The position numbers and the translations under genes are program-made. Below the pieces are notes generated by a model. It had not been told where the DNA came from. It saw only the letters and a program-made list of their open reading frames with translations, and did not search any database. This document shows positions 19,751 through 27,373 of a stretch of 64,000 nucleotides of DNA, one piece after another (the first letter of the stretch is position 1; each line of letters starts with the position of its first letter). The stretch comes from Eubacteriales bacterium (GTDB lineage: Bacteria; Bacillota; Clostridia; Oscillospirales; CAG-272): the NCBI GenBank assembly GCA_045605175.1, contig JAZUPL010000013.1, positions 95-64,094 of the forward strand, written 5' to 3'.

Positions 19751-21139
19751 TTACTTAATAATTTCACCAATGATTGCGCCAATGGCTATCTTCATACCCA
19801 TCTTGAACTCGGCAACCTGACCGTAGGATACGTCCTTTCTCGTTCCGTCAGGATAGGTTACAACCCAGGGAGTATCCTTCATCATATTGCCAAAGCCGTA
19901 CATCTTCTTTGCAGTGTTGACCATAAACTTGAATGCAGGAACGTCGAATTCCTTGCAGGTACGGTCGAACTGGCACTTGAAGACCACGGTGCCGGGCACG
20001 ATGGGGATAATTGTTCCGGGGAACTTAATCTTACAAGGAACGGTAAGGGTAGCCTTACACTTAGGACACTGAACCGCGCCCTGGGTGCTAAGGAATACGG
20101 GAGCCTCCTTACACTTGGGGCAGTCAACCATCTCGCCACGAAGACGAACTATTGTATCGATAAGCAAAGCCTCAACGGGACGGGACGCGGGGTTGGTAAG
20201 TCCCTGCTTGCCGAAGAAGGCAAGGAACATCTTGTGTATGTACTCAGGATATTGAGGCCACATTACAAGCACGTTTTTGTGCTTCTCTTTTACGGGTGCG
20301 TTTCTGTTATCGGTGGGATCAAAGAGGAATACGGGATCCTTACCGTAAACCGTCTTCTCATCGTTGTTCTCGGAATAAACGCCCTCCAAAGGGTGCTGGC
20401 CCGCCATCATAATACGGAAGAGTATGATAGCAAGCGAGAAACGGTCGGTCATCTTATCGGGAGCGTGTCCCATAACGACCTCAGGAGCCATGTATCTGTC
20501 CTTACCACCAACGCCAAGGTTCATTCCGTTGGGTGTGATGTTATCGTTATCGGCGATAAGCACCTCGCCTGTATCAGCCTTGATAAAGATGTTACCATTG
20601 TTAAGGTCCTGGTAACTAAGTCCACGTACATGGAGTTTCTCAAACGCCTGAATAATATTCAAGCAAGCGGTGAGCATTGCGCTTCTGTCCTTGAATCTTG
20701 CCTTGAACAGGAAGTAGTCTGTAAGCTCGATATATGTACCCATATCGATGAAGTCCATAATATATCCGTAGGAGTCCTGCGAGCCGGAGTGCCAAACGGT
20801 TACGTCCTGTGGCCAAACAAAATGCTTGGTAGGGGGTGCATTCTTCGAGTTAGCACAGAGGTTGTTGTAGAACGCCTCTGCCGCACTGATAGTGGTATCT
20901 CCTTTCTCGTCGGGCTCGGTCATCTTCTTGACTTCACCGTTAGCATTACAGCGTATCTGCTTTTTCCTTAAACCCCCAAGGTACGTGCTCTTGTACCACT
21001 TAAGAACTCTTGGTGCCCCGCCGTAATCTACGCCGTAGACAAGGCCCTGTCCTCCCTTGGCACTGATCAACTTGGTAATCTTGATTGTGACGCCCTTCTT
21101 GGAAACTATGGAATCACCAACCTTAAGAACCTTTCCCAT
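19751..21139 (-). CDS. divergent Ser/Thr protein kinase with C-terminal zinc ribbon
   Basis: 462 aa. Gly-loop-like KGGQGLVYGV, VLKWYK, catalytic loop YQDLNNGNIF, IADNDN, YMAPEVV, then CPKC-x17-CPKC. Confidence 0.88.
   Translation of the reverse strand: MGKVLKVGDSIVSKKGVTIKITKLISAKGGQGLVYGVDYGGAPRVLKWYKSTYLGGLRKKQIRCNANGEVKKMTEPDEKGDTTISAAEAFYNNLCANSKNAPPTKHFVWPQDVTVWHSGSQDSYGYIMDFIDMGTYIELTDYFLFKARFKDRSAMLTACLNIIQAFEKLHVRGLSYQDLNNGNIFIKADTGEVLIADNDNITPNGMNLGVGGKDRYMAPEVVMGHAPDKMTDRFSLAIILFRIMMAGQHPLEGVYSENNDEKTVYGKDPVFLFDPTDNRNAPVKEKHKNVLVMWPQYPEYIHKMFLAFFGKQGLTNPASRPVEALLIDTIVRLRGEMVDCPKCKEAPVFLSTQGAVQCPKCKATLTVPCKIKFPGTIIPIVPGTVVFKCQFDRTCKEFDVPAFKFMVNTAKKMYGFGNMMKDTPWVVTYPDGTRKDVSYGQVAEFKMGMKIAIGAIIGEIIK
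20114..20190. repeat. left copy of 77-bp inverted repeat (native kinase coding sequence, codons ~317-342)
   Basis: The reverse complement matches 21953..22029 at 76 of 77 positions by manual alignment. Confidence 0.9.
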
Positions 21140-21877
21140 TTTCTTGTCCTCTCTTAAAAGTATTTTTTATTTCTTATTCGCAAAATTCAAGATATTTTTG
21201 AAGAATAAAAGGCTAAATATTTAGTATATTAAACATCTTACAAAAATATTTAATTATATTATAGCAAATAAAGATGATAATTGTCAATAGTAAAATGTAT
21301 ATTAAATTAACAAAGATATAAAACCGCAAATAATCCAAAATAAAAATTTCATCGAAATGTAAATAATTGTTGTCTTTATACACCTTTTTGTCATTATTTT
21401 TATGCATAAATATCCAATTCTGACTGTATTTTCCTTATTATACTCAGTCTGTGTTTTCCCGCCTCGTTTTTTGAAAATCCTCTCCCCTTACGCTCTTTTC
21501 TTATAGCCAGTGCCACCCCGTGTTAAGTTTAAGTCTTTTTCTTCATCTTAAACCATAGGTTTCTTTAACGCCATATATAACTCCCCTCTATCGCAGATAA
21601 AAAAGGCAAACGCAAAGACAAAATCCTGCACGTCCGCCATTTTTTATTAAATTATCATATACTTAATTTACTTTGATATATTGATTTATTGTTTTATATA
21701 TGTTACAATTTTGTTAAAAGTGATATAAAAAAAGGTGCAACGAAAAGAACGGTAGAAACATTGTAAACACCACGGCGTTACACGCTATGCACTTATGAAC
21801 CACTACCACCACATATGTATAAAACCAGCCCTTAACACAATAGTTTATTTATAAATATTATATAAAAGAGGTAAAAT

Positions 21878-24115
21878 ATGAAAAAACTTATCCTGCTTAC
21901 GTTCTGCCTTTTGGCGACCCTTCTGCTCCTTGCTTCCTGCGGCAACCCGACGCCGCGTCCCGTCCCGTTGACGCTTTGCTTATCGATACAATAGTTCGTC
22001 TTCGTGGCGAGATGGTTGACTGCCCCAAGCCTTACCGAAATCACCCTGCCAAGCACTCTTACAACGCTCGAGGGACTTTGGGATTGCTCCTCGCTTGAGA
22101 GCATTACTCTCCCCGAGGGCTTGACCACGTTGGGCACATACAATTACCCTGCTTTTGGAGGTTGCTCCTCGCTCAAAGAGATAATAATTCCCGACTAGGT
22201 TACAACCATATATCCTAAAACCTTTGAGGGCTGCACCTCGCTTGAGAAGATAGTCCTGCCCGCCAGTCTTGAAAGAATACCCACAGGTCTTTTCTCAGGG
22301 CTGCCAAGCCTTAAGAGTATAACAGCTCCCACCAACCCTCTTGTAGGCTTTGAAATGGAAGAGATAAGCAACTCGGATTTCCAAGCTCTTTATGAGCAGT
22401 ATCTGCAAAACCCCAACGAATTTGAATATGCAATTGTCAAAATAAGCCAGGACTACGGCGGGAATGTAACCTACGCAAAGCTGCCCAAGGGCATACATAA
22501 TGAAAAGGGGTTGGAATTTACGATTACCCGTGAGATTGGAGAAACACCTCTCTCTATATCCGGCAATATTTCTATAATTCTCGGCGAGGGCGTAACCGAG
22601 ATTGGTGCGTATGCCTTCAAAGAGGCAAGGATTAAGTCCCTGACTCTGCCCAACACGCTTACAAAAATTGGCGAAGGGGCTTTCCAGTCATTTGGATTTA
22701 TTGACTCGGGCGAACTCCTCCTCCCTGATAGTGTTAGCGAGATAGGAGCATCTGCCTTCTTCTTGGCTCAATTGGAAAAGGTCACACTCCCCGAGGGCTT
22801 GACTACCTTGCCGGACGAAATTTTCAGCGATGCTATTATAAAGAGCATTACCCTCCCCTCCACGATTACCGAGATAGGATATAGAGCCTTTTATAGATGT
22901 GAACAGTTAACAGAAGTCAACCTCCCTGCTTCACTTGTCAATATAGGCTCTTCCGCTTTTTATAATTGCTCCTCCCTGACAAGCATCACTCTGCCCCAAA
23001 ACCTTACCACCATCGGCGCGTGGGCCTTTGAAAATACCGGACTTACCTCTCTTGAAATACCGAGGTCTGTAACCACCATAGGATACCAAGCATTTATTGG
23101 CGCACCTATCACAAGCGTGACCGGCGGCGAGGGATTAACCTCGCTTAAGACCGACGCCTTTAACTTTGATTTTATAGAAGAAACTACATACGGCAATGTT
23201 CGTTACAAGTTCCTCTTGGCTCTCGGCCCTGTATCTACCGACGTTGAGTGGATAAGACTCAAGCCAGGCTCTATTGTTGTAGCAAACGCCTTTGAAAACT
23301 GTCAGGCGCTCTATACTGCATTTATCCCCGAGGGCGTAACTCTTGGTAGTAATATGTTCTACAACAACAGCTCGGCTCTTCGAGTATTCCTTGAGGGCAG
23401 AGTCCCCACCGACTCCTCGGATTGGCGAGTAATTTACAACGAGGGAACGAGAGTTCTTATAGGTGGATATGTCCAGGTTGGCGCAGACCGTGTAAGAATG
23501 GGTAGCGTCACCGAAGAGGTAAATATAACCGAGGGCGGATTTATCTACAAGGACGGTACTATTTTAGGCTACGTTGGTGGCGAGAGAGAGATTACCTTCC
23601 CCACAAGCACCGAAGATATGCCTATAACCTCGGTTGGCGAGTTGGCTCTTGCCTATCGCTCTGACATCACCTCTGTAACGATAAACGGTATCAGAACCAT
23701 ATCCCCTCTTGCCTTTGCAGAGATGGATAACCTTGTATCGGCAACGCTTTCGGGTGTTGAAACGATAGACCAGCAGGCGTTTATGAATTGTACCTCGCTC
23801 GCTACCCTCTCGCTTGGCGAGGGACTCGGTTATATTCGTGCCTACGCATTCTACGGTTGCACCTCTCTTAGCGAAGTGACTATGCCCGCAACACTTTACA
23901 CTATTATGCAGGGCGCATTTGCAGGTTGCACAGGGCTTACCTCGGTTAGCTTCGCCCCCGGCAACACCTCTTGGTCGGTGATAGGAACAACAACCGACGG
24001 CTATCCCGTTGAGGTTGAAGTGCTCGACCTCGCAAACAGTGAAACCGCCGCGGCAAAGCTTACATCAGAGACTTACTATATGTTCGCTAACACGAATATG
24101 TTAAATAATCAGTAA
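21878..24115 (+). pseudogene. BspA-type LRR lipoprotein gene with two in-frame TAG stops
   Basis: ATG 21878 encodes lipoprotein signal MKKLILLTFCLLATLLLLASC. The same frame continues to 24115 but is broken by TAG 21992..21994 (inside the kinase-derived insert) and TAG 22196..22198 (IIPD*VTTIYPKTFEGC, within an LRR unit). The ORF track shows only 22004..22198 and 22355..24115. Confidence 0.75.
21953..22029. repeat. right copy of 77-bp inverted repeat, embedded in the 5' end of the LRR lipoprotein pseudogene
   Basis: ccgcgtcccgtcccgttgaCgctttgcttatcgatacaatagttcgtcttcgtggcgagatggttgactgccccaag. Single mismatch at 21972. Confidence 0.9.
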
Positions 24116-24187
24116 GCGATAAAAGCAAGGCGGCATTCCGCCCCGATATACAAATAAAATATACTCAAACTAAGTTAACATTAAAAA

Positions 24188-24245
24188 CCCCCTTAAAGTT
24201 AAGCCGTAAAACCTCACGGTCGACTCGCTTTAAGGGGGATTTTTT
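24188..24245. terminator. bidirectional terminator between convergent genes
   Basis: CCCCCTTAAAG ... CTTTAAGGGGG stem (29-nt loop with an inner stem), A-run before and TTTTTT after. Confidence 0.6.
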
Positions 24246-24289
24246 GTTCTTATTTTTTGCAAAACTTGTCTTGCTTTGTATATATTTGT

Positions 24290-24706
24290 TTACAGAAGAT
24301 AGATTGGCAACTCGCCACCGATGTTTATATATCCCTCGCCACTGCGCATAGCGACGGTTTCTGCCACCTCGGTAGGTGTGGGAATGTCAGTATTTGACAC
24401 GGGGGTGGGCTTCTTAATGCTTTTCGTCCTCTTTTTCGGCGCGGGCTTAGGCTCGCTCTTTTTCTTTGGGGTAGTTGTTTTCTTTTGGCCAGTGGGAGCG
24501 TCTGCCTTTTTCTTCGGGGCGGTTTTTTTCTTTGTGGCAGGCTCTGTTGCTTTCTGCTCTGCCTCTACATCCGACACATCAACCACCACTACGGACAGGT
24601 CAATAGGCTCGACAATGCTACTGTTTTCCATATCGGGAGCAGAGGTGGTCACACGGCTATATCCGTTGTTTCTGACACGCTTTATAGAATCCTTACCTAA
24701 CGGCAT
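24290..24706 (-). CDS. lysine-rich intrinsically disordered protein, candidate ParA partner/adaptor
   Basis: 138 aa. AAGGAGA RBS 9 nt upstream; the start overlaps the ParA stop by 14 nt. Centre is KKKTAPKKKADAPTGQKKTTTPKKKSEPKPAPKKRTKSIKK. N-terminus is MPLGKDSIKRVR. Confidence 0.75.
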   Translation of the reverse strand: MPLGKDSIKRVRNNGYSRVTTSAPDMENSSIVEPIDLSVVVVDVSDVEAEQKATEPATKKKTAPKKKADAPTGQKKTTTPKKKSEPKPAPKKRTKSIKKPTPVSNTDIPTPTEVAETVAMRSGEGYINIGGELPIYLL

Positions 24707-25484
24707 ACTTCATAATCTCCTTTGCAAGTTTGACGTACTCAAGGGCAGAGCGACTGTATTTCTTGTAGGCGACGACGGGTTGACTGTTATCCTGTGCCCA
24801 CTCAACAGCGGCATCCACACGAATATAGGTGTCAAAGAGCCTTGCAATATCGCCCTCTTTCAAGGTTTGTATAGTCTGTTTGAAATAGTTCTTCCTCTCA
24901 TCCGCCTTGGTTATCGCAATACCCAGCACCTCAAGTTTTGGGGATATGTTACGCACCTGTGCAATAAAATCAAACATATTGGCAAGTCCAAAAAGTCCCC
25001 AGGGGCTTGCCTCAACAGGAATTACCACAAAATCCGAGGCACACATTATATTCATCACCCAGCCACCAAGCGTGGGGGGTGCATCTATCAGAACATAGTC
25101 GTAATATCCACGGGCAAGTATGGGGGATAGGCATTTTTTAAGTATCAACTCCCTTTGCCACTTGGAAAAGAGGTCAAACTCCACACCACTCATAAGCGAG
25201 GTGGAGGGGATAAGGTCAAGCCCTTGGTAGGGGGTTTCGACCACGTAGTCCGACAAATCCTTTTCGCCTTTTATCGCATTATATATATTCTTTTCGCCTG
25301 TGGCAAGAGCCATAGCCTCCTCCTCACCAAAGAAGGAAAGGGTGAGGTTCATCTGCATATCGCCGTCTATAAGCAATACACGTTTGCCAGCACGAGCCAT
25401 AGCACAACCCACGTTTGAAACAGTGGTGGTCTTTCCGCTACCGCCCTTGTTGTTGGCGAAAGAAATCACAATAGTTCTGCTCAT
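24693..25484 (-). CDS. ParA/Soj/MinD-family ATPase
   Basis: 263 aa. Deviant Walker A NNKGGSGKTT including the signature Lys, then LLIDGDMQMN. Start overlaps the pduV-like stop (ATGA). Confidence 0.92.
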   Translation of the reverse strand: MSRTIVISFANNKGGSGKTTTVSNVGCAMARAGKRVLLIDGDMQMNLTLSFFGEEEAMALATGEKNIYNAIKGEKDLSDYVVETPYQGLDLIPSTSLMSGVEFDLFSKWQRELILKKCLSPILARGYYDYVLIDAPPTLGGWVMNIMCASDFVVIPVEASPWGLFGLANMFDFIAQVRNISPKLEVLGIAITKADERKNYFKQTIQTLKEGDIARLFDTYIRVDAAVEWAQDNSQPVVAYKKYSRSALEYVKLAKEIMKYAVR

Positions 25485-25939
25485 TCTTTATTCTCACTTT
25501 CGGTTTGGTTTTCGTCCTCGTTTAGAAAATCTAAAATTGCCGACAGACCCTCGCCCGTCACGGCACTAACAGGGAAAATTCTTTTGCACCCTGCAAGGCG
25601 CAGCCACCTTTCGACTCGCTCAACGTTGGCGTCAGGTTTATCTATTCCCGAAATAATGCCTATAACCTCACGGTTTACAAGGCTGGTAATACATGGGGAA
25701 AATATTGAGTACGGCTCGTTTGCACTAAGCACCAAGCCCACCACGTCCGCCTCATACGCATATAGTGCCAAAGCACCGCTTGTCTGCCGCAGTTCGGTAT
25801 ATTCGCCGGGCGTATCAATAACGGTATCAAGATAGTTTATATACTGCGTTTTGAAATATTTAATCTCTTCGCCACGCAAAGCCTGTGTAAGAGTGGTCTT
25901 GCCTGCGGCGACTCGACCTATCAAAATTATCTTTTTCAT
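25481..25939 (-). CDS. pduV: EutP/PduV-family small GTPase
   Basis: Start set at MKKIILIGRVAAGKTTLTQAL (P-loop near the N-terminus, as in EutP/PduV). The ORF-track start 25984 would overlap the upstream shell gene. Confidence 0.85.
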   Translation of the reverse strand: MKKIILIGRVAAGKTTLTQALRGEEIKYFKTQYINYLDTVIDTPGEYTELRQTSGALALYAYEADVVGLVLSANEPYSIFSPCITSLVNREVIGIISGIDKPDANVERVERWLRLAGCKRIFPVSAVTGEGLSAILDFLNEDENQTESENKE

Positions 25940-25962
25940 CCTTGTCGCCTCGTTAGAGTATC

Positions 25963-26322
25963 TTATGTCCTCGTAATTTCGCAACAGGTGTAGCCGAGTT
26001 TGTTAATCACGTATGAACGAATAGCGGTAAATGCCGACTCGACTGCAGACACGCTGCCTGAAATTATAAGAGTTCCTGTAAATCTATCAACAAATCCCAC
26101 ATCGGCGCCCGAAGATTTAAGAGCGATATCTGCGGCGATAACCGCACTCTCGGCAGGGCTTATGGTAAGAACGCCTATGGCACTCTTCGTGTAATCCGTC
26201 CTCGGATCAAGTCCAAGTTTAACGTAAAGCACGTCATCGGGATTTGCAATAATATGACAGAGAGTCACCTGCTTACCCGGGACAAGTTCCTGCACTATTC
26301 TCATATTTTCTCTCAGTTCCAT
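25963..26322 (-). CDS. pduU: BMC shell protein, EutS/PduU type (permuted BMC domain)
   Basis: 119 aa. IGVLTISPAESAVIAADIALKSSGADVGFVDRFTGTLIISG pattern typical of EutS/PduU. Confidence 0.88.
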   Translation of the reverse strand: MELRENMRIVQELVPGKQVTLCHIIANPDDVLYVKLGLDPRTDYTKSAIGVLTISPAESAVIAADIALKSSGADVGFVDRFTGTLIISGSVSAVESAFTAIRSYVINKLGYTCCEITRT

Positions 26323-26373
26323 ATATATCTCCTTGCTCTTGTGAGCGTAAACAATTGTTTGCTTTTAATTAGT

Positions 26374-27159
26374 TTATCCACCTATCTGACATTTAAGTCC
26401 CGACTCCTCTGACACCGACAAAAGGTATTCCATTTTAGCACGGGTAGGGGGTTCTATATCAGGAAGCGAGTATTTTCTTCCAAGTCCCTCGTACTTATCT
26501 ATGCCGAGCCTGTGATAAGGCAAAAGGTGATGCTCTTCTACCGTACCAAGGCTTCGAGCAAACATGGAAATGGCGCGTATCTCCTCGGCAGTATCGTTAA
26601 AGGTGGGGATAACGGGCGTTCGAATTATAAGTTCTACGCCACTTTTTGCAAGAGTCCTCGCGTTTTCTAAAATTCGCTCGTTAGGCATACCCGTATATTC
26701 CTTGTGCTTTGCCGAGTCCATGTGCTTTATATCCATTAGAACAAGGTCAAGGTGTGGCAGGAGTTTTTCTATCTCGGCAAAAGGGAGCGATGCCGCCGTT
26801 TCTATTGCCGTGTGAAGTCCGTTTTCCTTTGCGGCTCTTAACAAATCTTTGGCAAAATCTGCCTGTGCAAGCACCTCGCCACCCGACAGGGTAAGTCCAC
26901 CGCCCGAACGGTCATAGTAAGGCATATCCGAGAGGATTTCGGGCATTATTTCGCCCACGGTGACATCTCTGCCCACCGTCTTCTGTTTTCCGCCCTCACT
27001 CATAACCTCTATTTCGTAGTTTTGGCTCTCAGGGTTACAGCACCAGGCGCATCGCATATAGCACCCTTTAAGGAACACTATGGTACGAATTCCCGGGCCA
27101 TCGTGAATAGAAAACCGCTGGATATTAAATATTCTGCCTTTGGTATCGTATATACTCAT
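26374..27159 (-). CDS. glycyl-radical enzyme activating protein (radical SAM, PflA-like, no ferredoxin insert)
   Basis: Start at ATG 27159 (MSIYDTKGRIFNIQRFSIHDGPGIRT) with a GAAAGGAAG RBS. CxxxCxxC motif as CYMRCAWC. The ORF-track extension to 27504 runs through non-coding repeats. Confidence 0.92.
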   Translation of the reverse strand: MSIYDTKGRIFNIQRFSIHDGPGIRTIVFLKGCYMRCAWCCNPESQNYEIEVMSEGGKQKTVGRDVTVGEIMPEILSDMPYYDRSGGGLTLSGGEVLAQADFAKDLLRAAKENGLHTAIETAASLPFAEIEKLLPHLDLVLMDIKHMDSAKHKEYTGMPNERILENARTLAKSGVELIIRTPVIPTFNDTAEEIRAISMFARSLGTVEEHHLLPYHRLGIDKYEGLGRKYSLPDIEPPTRAKMEYLLSVSEESGLKCQIGG

Positions 27160-27250
27160 AGTCTTCCTTTCTGTAAATTTGTGCCCTGCTTTTGGGACAA
27201 AATTATCTTCTATTTGCGGGCGAACACAGTTCGCCCCTACGTATTTTCCC

Positions 27251-27346
27251 CACGTTTGCGTAGCAAACATATCACGCCGAGTGAAGTGAGGTATATCACG
27301 TTTGCGTAGCAAACATATCACGCCGAGCACGGCGAGGCATATCACG
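27251..27346. repeat. 2 x 46-bp tandem repeat (plus partial third unit) in the GRE-activase spacer
   Basis: cacgtttgcgtagcaaacatatcacgccgag occurs at 27251 and 27297. Each has a GTTTGC-gta-GCAAAC hairpin. ATATCACG occurs 4 times at 22-24-bp spacing (27269, 27293, 27315, 27339). Confidence 0.85.
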
Positions 27347-27373
27347 CGTGTTCTCCGCAAGGGGACACGCCTT

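Noticed and set aside
19652-20971. 439-aa plus-strand ORF antisense to the kinase gene
   Set aside because: The opposite strand encodes a coherent kinase plus zinc ribbon. This ORF has no motifs and begins inside an intergenic spacer.
21213-21407. 64-aa minus-strand ORF in the AT-rich region upstream of the kinase
   Set aside because: It has an extreme AT-driven composition (I/N/K/Y/F rich), no RBS and no homology signal. It is more likely promoter or spacer DNA.
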